Assembly: GCA_051294375.1 (NCBI GenBank)
Contig: CM119266.1
Span: 18,772,087-18,836,086 of the forward strand
Direction of reading: 5' to 3'
Source: Paraspadella gotoi
Taxonomy: Eukaryota; Animalia; Chaetognatha
Length of the DNA stretch: 64,000 bases
The translations under genes were made by a program, and so were the position numbers. Below the pieces are notes generated by a model. The model was given only the letters and a program-made list of their open reading frames with translations. It was not told where the DNA came from and made no database searches. Within the stretch, counting starts at the first letter, position 1. Each line of letters begins with the position of its first letter. Shown piece after piece: positions 37,975-50,930 of the stretch.

Positions 37975-40900
37975 TCATACGCGAGAAGAGAGATTTTGTT
38001 TTTCCACAAGAACGTCAGTATCAAAAATCTTTTTTCTCGCGACCTCGATCTGAACAGGCGCCTCCTCAATAACCGTAGCCGTCCGGCGTTCGCCCACAAG
38101 CTCAACGGACACTCTCTGGCCGACTTCTGAAAGATGCAGAGGGAGATAAGCGAAGCAGAGACTTTTCTGGACTTGATATCCGAAGGAGCCTGAAGTTGTG
38201 TTGCCGACTACTTGGTCCTGAAACCAGACAGTTTCGTTACCCTCACAATCTGGACCACCCGAAGAACCTGTAAAGATGGTAAACGATTATATGGCGGAAT
38301 TTGTTATGATATAAACGGAGTTTCGACACGAACCTAACTCGACGTCGACTTCCATCATGACCAATTTTCTCGTCAGTCCGTTGGCTTTTACATCTTGTAA
38401 CGCAGATTTTCCTGTAATAGAAAAAAAAGTTTGAGCAAACAATGTCGGATCTGCCTACGATAATTAAGCGGTAATAAGCTAATCCGATGATAAATCAAGG
38501 TAATATTTTCTGACTTTCAATTTGTGATGTTAGCATAACAAATCATAACAGACTTAGTAATAAATCTATGAAAAAATATTTAAATCAATTGATTGAAGCG
38601 ACTTACCACCGGTCTTTCCCGTAATTTCGTCTTCTACATGATCTCTCAATCTTTACCAGTAGCTGCGCCAATATCAATTTGCTTGATTTGGTCAACTGGC
38701 ATAATTTGGTCATTTTGCATAATTTGGACAACTGGCATAATTTGGTCTATCAATCAATCAATCAATCAATCAGAGAGAGAGAGAGTGACAGAGAAATTTT
38801 AAAAAATTCAAATCAATGTGACTTTTGATTTTCTAATTTAAACTTTTCCACTCTTACGATTCCATCAAAAATTTATATCCAGCTTAATCACATACTTTCC
38901 TACCCACACACAAAATGAAACTCACCCACAAAATTGACATTCTTGCCGAGTTTGACGAAAAATCCAAGTCCCGCTTCCAAGGGATTCGTGTCAACGTTCA
39001 TCTCTGCACCCCACCCTCGGAACCCTTTCTCCAACCTCATGGAGTTCATGGCGTACGCACCAAAGTCCCTTAAGCCTCCGAATTGCTCGCCCACTTCCTT
39101 CAAAATGGAATAGATCCTCGGGGCATTTGCGAAGGAGGAATAGATCTCCCAACCCAATTCGCCAGTGTACGAGATTCGCGTCGCTTGGCAGGGCACCCCA
39201 GCGATCGTTACGCTCTTGTGCTTCATGAAAGGCCAGCCCGCGTGACTCACGTCCTCGTTGACTAGATTGGCGAGGATGTCCCGAGATCGGGGACCAGCCA
39301 GGCCAAGAACGGCCAACTCGTCCGTCACGTTGAGGATGTTGACCTTCCAAGCTCCGTCTTTGGCGAGAGTCTCGAGCCAACGTAGGTCATGGCCTTCGGA
39401 TCCAGATCCAGTGACAAGGAAGAAGGTAGAGTCATCGATGTTGGTTACTGTTAATTCCGCGTAGACTTTTCCCTGAAAACGGGATAAGAAAATGAAATTT
39501 TAAATTGGCCGCGAGCATTTTGGTTCACATGGACCAAATGCACCACATGCACCACCATACCTTCTCATCATACAAAAGTAATAATAAATAAAAAAGTAAA
39601 AAATAAATTAAAAAAATTTAAAAAAAAAAGAATAATAATATATTTAGCAATGGTAAAATAATAACAAGTGCGACTGAAAGAGAAAAAGAAAGAGGAAGAA
39701 AGAGAGAGAGAAGAAAGAGAGAGAGGAGAAAGAAAGAGAAGGCGACATATAATTCTAAATTTTCAGCCAGCGAGCTCGCCAGTGTCACAGCTTGATCCAA
39801 AGCTCAGGGACTACGAATATGACAGAAACTCATGAACGAATAAAGTAAATTATTCTATAATATAATACAATAACCGAGAACTACCTGAGGAGTCAACATA
39901 TGAGAGACGTTACACATTCCCTTTGGCGGAATCTTGTTTGCGACGGTGTGGTCCAGGAAATCCTTGGCTTCGGGACCCGAGACTCGGAATTTGGCGAAGG
40001 GCGTCAAATCGGTTATACCCGCTTTTGTGAGGACGTGATGCACCTCGTCGCCGACGGACTCAAACCAGTTGGGGCGGCGAAACGAAGGTCGGAACCCTCG
40101 AGCCTTGTCCGTGGAAAACCAGTGTGGTTGCTCCCATCCCGAGTGAAACCCCATCTCGGCCCCGGCGGCGTCCAAGAGGTGGGCCAGAGGTGATTGACGC
40201 GAAGTAGGTCTTCCCACGGGTCGATCGTCTTTGGGCCACGTTATCCGATTATTATAACCGTAGCTCTCGCGAACTTTAGCCACTGCGTAATCTCCGTTTG
40301 CCCATGAACCATAGCGGTTGGGATCGAGCTCGGTCAAGTCCATAGAGGGCGCTCCCATCGTCATCCAGTCGGACAAGTACTTTCCGATGCCCCCGCTATG
40401 GATAATGCCGTAGGCGAATCCAACGGCAATCCAGTAGTTATGGAGGCCTTGGTAAGGGCCGACGAGGGGGAGAAGGTCGGGTGAGTAGGTAATTGGGCCT
40501 GAAAAATAAAAAATAACTCGAGTTTAGCTCTCTCCTTTTTAAAAAAGAATGTTACGAGTTCGCTCTGCTAGTTGTAAATAGTCTACAGGTATTAATTTTC
40601 CAGTTTTCGATTTCGAATTTTACTACAAAAACGTCATCCATTCAATTCAATCATCAATAAATAAAAAAGAAAAAATCAACTCTTAATAACTCTTGGGGGG
40701 TATATTTTCTTTCTATTAATTCTAATTTTTATTAAGGTCTCACTCATTGTCGTTTCTCGCATAAAAATTTTATGATATTAACAAATACCTGATACAACAC
40801 TTTGGATATTTCCTTCAGCCAAACATGGAAATCTCTCCATCGCATTCTCAAGGTTGTCTTGAATACGATCCAGATCTGGTTGAAAGAGCTCTTTGCCAAA

Positions 40901-43900
40901 TCCTGGAGGAACTCCATTTCTATACCATTCATCCAACACGCGCATTTTCTCAGCGGCTTCGTACGGACCTACCAAGAGTCCATCACGTTCCATCCTAACA
41001 TAATCGAGACCAAGTAAAGAGCATCATTCAAACATAAACGTCTTTTGCCTTAAAAATTAATTTCAAGCAAGCCCAATTCTTTACCAACGGTAACTGTACT
41101 ATTTCTGGTAACATATATAGGCTTTAATATGGAATGCCAAGATAATGTCTAACAGTTGGAAAAAGGCCCTTACAGTTAAACCTGACCACGGAAGCAGTTA
41201 ACCTCGTTTTTTATTTATGATTTTCTATCGTTATGTTTGTGACCTATTAATTATATATTTCCTATTTTTGCTGATAATTTGGCTTATTATTCGTGAAGCA
41301 GCTCTTTATATTTTCTTCTAAAAATTATATCAATAAGGATAACTACAACCTTGTCTCGCTGAGGAACGAAGTATTCACATTTTAACATTTCTTCAAGATG
41401 ATCGTCCGTTTGTTTTGAATTTGTTTAAACTTTGTTTAATATGTAAACAAAGCATTTGCCTTTTCGTCTTTGCTACTGTCTAAGTAATTAATATAAAATT
41501 AAACTTCTTTTTCCACGAAATTACCTGAGATAGTAGGATCCTTCAAGGTCCCGAAAGACAGGGATTTCTCTTCCTAAATCTCGGACCTCGGGAATAGTCT
41601 TGGTGACCATGTACTGATGGTCAATCGGCACCAGAGGCAGATCAATTCCGGCCAAGAGACCCACCTCGCGGCCCCAAAACCCAGAAGCGTTAACGACGCT
41701 TTGGGCGAGTAGAGTCCCCTGCGGAGTAACCACACTCCACAACCCGTTTTCGTGAAGGATCGTCTTCTCCACAGGCGTCTGGTAATGAAAAGTAGAAAGA
41801 TAAGATAATAAGGGGACGTTAAAGAGACATAGGATATGTATTCGCGACTAAATTATTACAAATTTGCTGGTTTTTTACAGGGAAAAATGAACGGTTACCT
41901 TAGACTAAGTTAGGGCAAAAAGAGCGTTGGTGAGAGAGTGAGAGAGAGAGAAAGAGAGAGAGAGAGAAAGAGAATTCATAGTAAATTTCTTCGGTCAAAA
42001 TGATTGGCCACTCGATCGGTGTGGCGAAAAGAGCAAAAAGTTTGCCCTAAGTTAGGGCAAAAAGATCGTTGCTGAGAGCAATAGACAGACAATATTAATT
42101 AATCGTGGCTTTAGGCTCTTTGAGAGAGAGAGAGAGAGAGTTCATGGTAAAATTTCTTCGATCAAAATGATTGACCACTCGATCTGTGTGGCGTCGTCCA
42201 CAACGTTACAATTTTCCCATTTACTTTTCTATAGTTCAGTGAACCAACTAACGACTCGATCTCTATATATATATATATATATATTTGTTTGCACGCATTT
42301 TCTCGAAAACAGCTCAACTTTTAAAAATGTTTAAGTAAAAAAAATTAAAGTCAGTCAGAGGGTGAATGTTTAAACAGTAAATAGTATATATGTAGATGGA
42401 GAAGTCAAAGTTGAAATGATTTAAAATAAATTAAACAATAAGGTTACGAAGAAAATGATAAATACATAAGAAAATAAGGATGGCCAACTTACTTTTTGAT
42501 AAATTTTGGCACCGTACTTCCTCGCGCCAATGGCCATTGCCTGCGTCAGGGAATAAGGATCAACGTGACCGTCATCTGGATTAAAAAGCCCAAGGAGAAT
42601 GCCATCGGGATTAATAAAGGGGCACATCTCGACGATCTCCTTCAGGGATATGAGCCTCTGCGGCGCCTTGTGCCATCCATGTCGCGCCATCTGATATTTC
42701 ATTTCGTCGACGCGGTCTCGAGTCGTCGCGATCCGCACGCTGCCGGGAGTGTGGAACCCGATTTCCTGGCAATGAATAAACCATCATATTTAAAACCAAT
42801 TTCGACGCTTATAATCCTGTCCACTTTCCACTATCCAATGTCCATAAAAAAAAAGGATAAAAACCTGCCCGGTTTCTTTCTCCAGTTCTTTCCAAAATTT
42901 CAGAGAGTAATGATGAATGTTTTTCATGTTGACTCCTGGATTGTAAAAAGTGGCTAAACCCGCAGCATGCCAGGTGCTTCCGGCCGTCAGTTCAGTTTTT
43001 TCCAACAGCGCCACCTGTGGTTAAGTCAAATGTTTATCTCTAATAAGTAAAATTTTATTTAATGAATTACTTTGAGATAAAAGAGGAAGTTTTTTTACAA
43101 CGACAAGTTTTATTGATCGGACATCTTTCGCCTCTAGGTAAACCAAAATCTGTAAAATTGTCAAAACGCTGATGAAGGCTTGTACACTAGAGCCGAAACA
43201 TGTCCGATCAATAAACCTTGTCGTTGTTGTTGTAAAAAGATCTCAAATTAATATCGAAACACAACGAAAAGAAAGAATTTTATCAATGTCTATTAATGAA
43301 TTACATACATATTGTTGTGCAATTTTAATACATGTTAGTGTTATAGATATTTTTTGTAATTAACTATCACATTGTAAATTTTAAACAAATTAGAAGTCAT
43401 CTACTATTAAATTCTAATTATGATAACTATGCGAGTCATCACCAAATGGTGATCTTTGTAATAGCTTGTAGATGTACCACGAGTCCTTTGTTATGCAATA
43501 CGCATATGTTTCAAACAAGAGTACTACTTAGTGTAGTAACGTAAGCCCAACGTGGAGCGATAACGTGAAAAGGAAATTTTATTGCGTCCCAAGACCGTAA
43601 ATTACCGATCCTCGCAACAACCGAATTGTGTTTATAGTAATTCATATATTTATGTTAAAAGGTTAAAATTTATTTACTCACTTTCGACACGCCAGCTTTG
43701 GCCAGATGATAAGCGATGCTAGTACCAACGCAACCACCGCCGATGATGGCGACGTCAACATCTGTGGCGGAGTCATCTCGATGACGACTACCAAAGGCGC
43801 GGCGAGGTTGACTTTCTGCTAAACGGATCAAGATGCGTTTTATTTTAAATCTTATAACATTTTTTTGGAAAATTATAAAGGTGCTAAAGAAAATATTTTT

Positions 43901-44733
43901 AAAATTAAGATAAATAATTTGGATGACCGTTTTGATTTTTATTACGAAACAGTTTCATAGTTTTTCATACAAAACCTTGCAAGTTTTTTTCTTACCCCGT
44001 GGCCAAAAGCCAGTCGAACCAAAATTTTTTAAATTTTATTTTATAGCTTCGTTCAATAGTCTCTTATGATATCAAATAATTTTTTAAGTCAATCAAAAAC
44101 ACGCTCATTAATTTAATACTTATCGCGTAAGTAGAGACAGAAAAAAAAACCAAGGATTTTAATTAAATTTAAAAGGAATAAAAAAAAAAAAAAAATTACA
44201 TGCGTGTTCGAGGTCGCAATGACATTTTAAATTTGAAGATTATTACGAATCGTTTTGACTCACGTTTCTCTGAGAGAGAAGAAGATAAGAAATTACGTTT
44301 TAACTTTTAACAAAAACTGCGTCATAAGTTATAAAGGACATAACATGGAGAGCGAACTGCAATATAAAAATTGGTTTTAAATGCGAGTAGCTCATCTACA
44401 TGATGATGCAGTTAGGTTTGATTGGTTGGCTGGTTGATTGACTGAGAATCTACCTATAATTCTATATAATACATATAACATTCTATATAATATAATTCTA
44501 TATATAATTCACAGAAAAAAGAAAAAAAAAAGAGTTTTACCTGGTATAAAAGGGAGTTTATTAACGTTTTCAAAATTATTCACAGAGAAGAGACAGAAGG
44601 CTGAACTGTTGTTTTGTTCGAAAGAGGAAGTCGAAAAGGTTTTTGTGACCGAGGATTTAGTTTTATCCGAGCGAACCAAGGCACGACTCAAGGCCCTCGT
44701 AGTTTTACCAACACTCCGATGCATTCTTTTCAT
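37975..44733 (-). CDS. DMGDH: Dimethylglycine dehydrogenase, mitochondrial, 10 exons, about 914 aa
   Basis: Exons 44733-44541 (presequence, less certain), 43818-43682, 43014-42865, 42765-42493, 41778-41525, 40994-40789, 40498-39885, 39472-38926, 38411-38334, 38267-37975; phases are consistent. Motifs [29 protein letters not shown] (FAD-binding His), [49 protein letters not shown] favour DMGDH over SARDH. Confidence 0.93.
38425..38915 (+). mobile_element. Helentron/HINE-like element, truncated copy C, filling DMGDH intron 8
   Basis: AAGTTTGAGCAAACAATGTCGGATCTGCC start and CGATTCCATC..CAGCTTAATCA..CTTTCCTACCCAC block shared with copies A and B. Confidence 0.65.
41900..42195. repeat. About 140-bp imperfect tandem duplication in a DMGDH intron
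   Basis: CTAAGTTAGGGCAAAAAGA and TTTCTTCG.TCAAAATGATTG.CCACTCGATC.GTGTGGCG each occur twice. Confidence 0.75.
43092..43275 (+). mobile_element. Penelope-like remnant with an inverted repeat in DMGDH intron 2
   Basis: Arm 43092-43130 is inverted at 43194-43238; ACACAACGAAAA tail. Confidence 0.65.
43169..43204 (+). ncRNA. Minimal hammerhead ribozyme core
   Basis: CG-CTGATGA-A, stem II GGCT/AGCC, GAAACATGTC-CG with a short stem I. Confidence 0.7.
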
Positions 44734-45147
44734 TTCAACGCCAAGCTTCAGAGAGTTTGCATTGCCCAAAGATAAATAGAGAAACAGAGAGAAAGAGAGA
44801 GCGCAGCGAGAATCCTAAGTTAGTTTAAATCGATTGTTTTGGGTATATAATTATCATCGAAATTGTAAACATTACTGAATAAAAAATATAAAAGAAAAAA
44901 AAACGAACTTGTTAAAAAACAATTTTGTTACGTTTGTTTTAATAAAATTGAGAATGTATACAACAAAGGTTTCCATAAGTAAAACAAAGTTTCGGAACTC
45001 GGCACGATCAGCCAATGTCCACGACTAATTTCTCAACCTCAATTAATACGAGGCACAGAGAAAATGGGACTAATCATTACAAATAAAATAAATGTCAATA
45101 AAAAAGGTACGAAAATTTGGTAAGTTTTTGAACTCTTTTGGACTTCC

Positions 45148-47084
45148 TCAGGCGGGGGGCAATTTCTTGTGCAAAGCCTCGATCTCTTCATCCGTCGTTT
45201 TGTCCTGCTTCTGCACCAACTCTTCGCTACCAGCAGTACAACCCCAATTGTCCGGCTGGGAAAGGGAAGCGCAATAGGGTCTTCCAGACGCTGGACGGAT
45301 CTTTTCCCAATACATCTTCCTGGCGCGGGCGCGAACCCATGGTTTGGTATGCAGCCTGAGACCGTCGCCCCACTCGCCATGCTTGGAGGAAGCCTCGCAG
45401 GAGCGCTTTCTTTCTTCCTTCAACTCCTCGCTGATGGCCCGGATGTGGTAAGGCTCGAACCCGCAGCAGCCTCCGATGTACCCGACCCCAAGGTCGAAGG
45501 CCTCTCGCGCGTAGCGATGCATGTCCCATCTCGTGCAAATGCGAGGCTCCAGGGCAAAGGGAAACTCTGGCAAATCTATGAATCCTTGCTTTCCGGCGTC
45601 GGGAGTGAGAAAGGCTAAAGGCTGAGCCATGTAGTGGGCCTTCAGCCCGGCCGCCTCTACGCCGCTCTTCATCAACTTTACCGCATCCAAAGTGACGAAG
45701 GGATCGAAGTGGCAATTAATGCCGACGATATCCGCGCCCGCCTTGACGAGTCGTACCCCGCAATCGGCCGTCGACACCCCGTGGAGATCGCCCTCCGGAC
45801 CGATGCACATGCTACAGGCTACGGGAAGGTTGGTTTCCTTGCAGACCTGGACGGCCCATTCCGCCTCCTCAACATGCTCGAAGTATTCGCAAAGGAGAAA
45901 GTCGACGCCCTTTTCCACGAAAACTTCCACTTGAATACGAAACTCTGCCTGCACCGCTTCCTTACCCTTCCCGCTCAGGTAAGTTGGAGTTTGGCAGAGT
46001 CCGCCCAAGACCATTGCGTCTCCCTCGTTGGCGACCTTAAATATAACAGAATGGGTTAATGTATGTATATTGTACAATATACATTGTATAAAATATATAT
46101 ATATATATTTCTTTATCAATATGATAAAGATTATTCATTTTTCATTAGGACAGGTTCTGAGAATATCAAGTCTAATCCGGTTTATGTACTATTAATCTCT
46201 GTATAAAGTATTTGAACTGGCGACGTATTTCTTCTGATCAGACTGCTATTTTGTTTTGACCTAAAGTAGGATGCTAAAGTGGAGCTCTCGGAAACAAAAA
46301 ACTTGAGATCTCTAAAAATGACTTACGATTTTTCTTTGAAATATTAATAAAAATTTTAATTAAAAAAAAAGATTCGTCAATTAGTACTTCCGGAACGGAT
46401 TATTTCTTTAAAATATAGAAACAAATATGTCCTCGAAATGCAGTTCTACTTATTAGGCCTTAAACCACCTAAGCCTGTCCAAAGTCAGTGGCAAGATAGC
46501 TTATTTATTAAAAGAATAAATAATTTTTGTATTGGTTGTAACAAATTTTGTATACAAACGCAGCAAAAATATTGTAACTTCGCTTTAACTTTTCATCTGT
46601 CCACCCTTTTGGAGGTCTTAATGAATGCGGAAATCCAAATTTAAGTGTTCGCAGTAAAAAAAAAAAAAAACTACACAACTTGCCTCTCTTGCGAGATCAC
46701 ACGCGGCTGCATTGATTCCTTTGCAAGTCAGGCCACCCTCTTTAATATGACCACGGTTCTTCAATTTGTCGTCGCTGGCGTAGAAAGTAAAAGCCTGCAT
46801 TACGTCAGCACCCGAGCGAAGGAACTCTCGATGGAGTTGACGAACTGCTTCAGGATGTTCAACGCAGACCTCGGGCGTCCATGGGCCGGCCTTGACGTAG
46901 CTGAACCATTTTAAAGAAGAGTTTAGATATTAGAATGCGAGTTATACATGTCAGAGAATATTTTATAAATTAAGTTATTTAATTAATTAACTCACCCTCT
47001 CTTTTCCATAGCAAAGACGAAGCCACCATCTCCAATAACGATCTCTCCCGCATTCAGCCTTTCCAAAATATTTCGCTTGGCCAT
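45148..47084 (-). CDS. BHMT: Betaine-homocysteine S-methyltransferase, 3 exons, 397 aa
   Basis: Exons 47084-46996, 46900-46684 (GC donor), 46035-45148. [44 protein letters not shown], Zn ligands GINCHFDP and [26 protein letters not shown]. Confidence 0.96.
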
Positions 47085-49081
47085 GGTATAGCGTGTTTAG
47101 ACGAAATAAGAGAAATTTATCGATTTTTAATAAATGGAATAATGTTGGCGTTTATTTTTCGGGAAGTAAAAAAATAGAAGATGACGCACGGTAAAACCGC
47201 TCCGTACAATCGTACACAAGTTTGATCTAGATGAATTTCGAGATTGAAGCTTTAAAGGGTTTCTCGATCCGTCGGTAGGACCAGGGGTTTCTAATTGGGA
47301 TCCACGAATCTGTCCAAAGGCTGGGTCAGAAAACAGTTTTGAAAATCTTCATAAATAAAATGTATACATTTTTATATAATTTAATATCTTTTTCAAGCAC
47401 AGCTCGTAAAAAAAAAATTGACTGCAGAAAGTATAATTATTTTTTTTATATTTTGACAATAATGAAGTTTGCAAACTTGTGCAAATTGTGTCGCAAAATA
47501 TAATTTAGTCTTTTTTGTATAATTTTTATAGAAATGGGGCTTTTTCGAAAAAAAGCGCTAAAAAGTTAACCCCTCTTGGACCGAATCTTAAGACTAGAGA
47601 GAATTTCGAAGGCTCTCTTAAAAGTGAATGCATTACGCAAAAAAATGGTAACTCGGCTAAAATTTAATCCTAGTTGGACTCGAACCTTAAGTTGTTCACT
47701 ATTTGTAAATTCTTCAGAAAGGCAATTTAACGGAAACAATTCAATCCAGATATCGTGGGAACCTTCTAAACTCTTTGGTGTGCTTTAACAATAGTATTTA
47801 GGTTTGTATATATCCTACTTTTTGTTTAAAAAAAATGTAAAGGATCTAGTTTAATAAACCTTTTCTGCTGCTCTCCGACCTCCGACTTTTCACCGAAACC
47901 CTTTACTCGTCGAGTTGAATCCGGTTCCAACCAGAATCTCCCGATCAAAACTCGACAAAACTGAAGAAGGCTTTCGCCTCAACAACAACACTTAACCTCT
48001 AAGTCTAACTACGCAAGTCTCCTAGCTAATAATAGCTATATTGGACTATTTATAATAGAATTTATTAAGTTTGATTTGTACACTTTCTCAGTATTTACTT
48101 ATATACTACGCCATAAAGAATTTGGTAAAAAAAAATTATGATTATATAATGATTCATAAAATTAGATAAAATTAGCTTATAAGTCTTATTATTTCAATTG
48201 ATTATTGTAGAATTACTTTAAAAGTGTAATAATTACAATTGTTTAATTTTTTTAAAATCTTTACTCGTTTTCCTTCGTCAGATTTTTGCTACCCTCTGTT
48301 TCCAAATTGACTTCATATATTTTTTTCTGATCATTTGTTTTAAATGTTTTGAGCAAAAACCGTAAGGTAGAGCTGGGATATCTTTCTCAGTATCGCTTAC
48401 ACCCAGAAATCACTAAAAGAACAACTGGCATATTCATATGCGAGTTTGAAGAGACAAAATAATTTTTTGTTAATCTTCGTCGAATAAACATTTAGAATTT
48501 ATTTAGATGTGAAATAATAAAATTTTAATTTTGTAAAAGTAGTAAGAAGTACTTTCTTAATAAGAATGTAGTTGTTTTTACTTATACTTTTTAATGTTTT
48601 TTTTATTTTTTCGTATTGGTATACCTGGCCCATACGCTTATTTAAATTGAAAAATTACTTGTTTCACTATGTTTTATATTTTAAAATATTTATTCAAAAT
48701 ATTTAATAAAAATAATTTTATTTATATTTTTATATTAATATTACTTATTTATCAAATAGTTATCTTTTTCTGCTTGAACTAGTTTTAAATTCTATTTTTC
48801 AACCATTAAACACTAAAGACTTTATTTTTCTTATATTTTTTGTCTTTTTTTCTTTCTTCCCAAATTACTCTCAGTTTATGAAATCTGCAATTTGTTGCTT
48901 TTGTTTTATTTAAGCAGGCACCATACTTCCTCATACTTCCTCATTGTCACATATATCCTCTTTTCACTCGCATCGGTTATTCGATATGAAACCGACTTCT
49001 GAAAAGATGATAAATTTTTTGAAAAACAAAAATCAACTTTTTTCACGAAAACGAGATGTCTCTTGAAGAAGGATTGGGTTG

Positions 49082-49140
<59 letters not shown>

Positions 49141-49259
49141 CAAAGCTGTGCGTGCATTTTTTCGACCGCGATTGGACGGCACCCCTTAAGTCACGAGACC
49201 CAAATTTAAAATTTTTCACCAATAAGAATTTTATTTAAAAGAATGAAGGAAAGAAAAGA

Positions 49260-50400
49260 AGAAGTTCATTCCTCCTTTTCTTTTTTCTTTCTTTCATTCC
49301 CCATTTTTTCTCTTCTCTCATTCTTCCTTTTCTTTTTTCTTTTCTTTCATTTCCCTTTTTTTTCTTTTATTTCATTCCTCCTTTTCTTTTTACTCTTCTT
49401 TCATTCCTCCTTTTTTCTCTTCTTTCATTCCTCCTTTACCTTTTCCTCTTCTTTCATTCTTCCTTTTCCTCTTCTTTCATTCCTCTTTTTTTTTCTTTTC
49501 TTTCATTCCCCTTTTTTTTCTTTTATTTCATTCCTCCTTTTCTTTTTTCTCTTCTTTCATTCCTCCTTTTATTTTTTATCGTCTTTCATTCCTCCTTTGC
49601 TTTTTCCTCTTCTTTCATTCCTCCTTTTTCTCTTCTTTCTTTTCTCATTTTCCTTTTCCTCTTCTTTCATTCCTCCTTTTTCTTTTCTTTCTTTTCTCAT
49701 TTTCTTTTTCCTCTTCTTTCATTCCTCCTTTTTCTCTTCTTTCTTTTCTCATTTTTTTTCTCTTCTTTCATTCCTCCTTTTTTTTCATTCCTCCTTTTCC
49801 TTTTCTTATTTTTTCATTTCTCCTTTTCTTTATTCTCTTCATTCATTCCTCCTTTTCCCTTTCCTCTTCTTTCATTCCTCCTTTTATTTTTTCTCTTCTT
49901 TTATTCCTCCTTTTTTTCATTCCTCCTTTTCCTTTTCCTCTTTTTTTATTCCTCCTTTTCTTTTTTCTCTTCTTTTATTCCTCCTTTTCCCTTTCCTCTT
50001 CTTTCATTCCTCCTTTTCTCTTCTTTCATTCCTCCTTTTTTTTCTTCTCTTCTTTCATTCCTCTTTTTTTTTCTTTTTTCATTCCTCCTTTTCCTTTTCC
50101 TATTTTTTCATTCCTCCTTTTCTTTTTTTTCTTCATTCATTCCTCCTTTTTCCTTTCCTCTTCTTTCATTCCTCCTTTTATTTTTTCTCTTCTTTCATTC
50201 CTATTTTTTTCTTTTTTCATTCCTCCTTTTCTTTTTCCTCTTCTTTCATTCCTCCTTTTCCTCTTCTCTCATTCCTCCTTTTCCTTTTCTTTCATTTATC
50301 CTTTTCTTTTTCCTCTTCTCTCATTCCTCCTTTTCCTTTTCTTTCATTTATCCTTTTCTTTTTCCTCTTCTCTCATTCCTCCTTTTCTTTTTATGCTCTT
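49260..50400. repeat. Pyrimidine-rich degenerate minisatellite (TCTTTCATTCCTCCTTTT)
   Basis: About 1.1 kb almost devoid of G, with a recurring TTCATTCCTCC motif. Confidence 0.9.
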
Positions 50401-50554
50401 TGCCTCCTCCACCTAATCCTCCACTTCCTCTTCTCGATATTTCTGCCATCAGGGTGTCAACGCCATCTTCTCTTTTCGCAAGAGTCGGGATCAAAGTTCA
50501 CGTCTGCTTCCTTCCAAATTACATCCACAGTTTTTTCGGTTATCCGTCAGCTAG

Positions 50555-50680
<126 letters not shown>

Positions 50681-50849
50681 CTCTTTCACTGTTTTGCTCC
50701 TTTATAATGCTAAGTTTTTTTACCCAGATATCCAACGGAAACGGGGAAATAGCGTTAGTCCCGACAGGAAGAGATGGCAGAATAACATCTTGATTTTTAA
50801 AAGAAAAAAAAAACTCAAATGGAAAATCTGTAATTCCACGTTGTCTTGA

Positions 50850-50930
50850 TTACACTTCCAGGTTAAGTACCGGGTTAGAATTGAACCTGACACCGCGTTG
50901 TCATGGTCCGGTGATTTTACTCAACGAGGG
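50850..50930 (-). mobile_element. tRNA-derived SINE-like head, same family as 24178
   Basis: Minus strand reads GGTTCAATTCTAACCCGGTACTTAACCTGGAAGTG. Confidence 0.45.

Noticed and set aside
37975-44733. Sarcosine dehydrogenase or PDPR identity
   Set aside because: [21 protein letters not shown] and VGNTTSG motifs match DMGDH as I recall it; phylogeny would confirm.
47990-49080. Further pathway gene upstream of BHMT
   Set aside because: Candidate exon frames contain stops and show no homology that I recognise.
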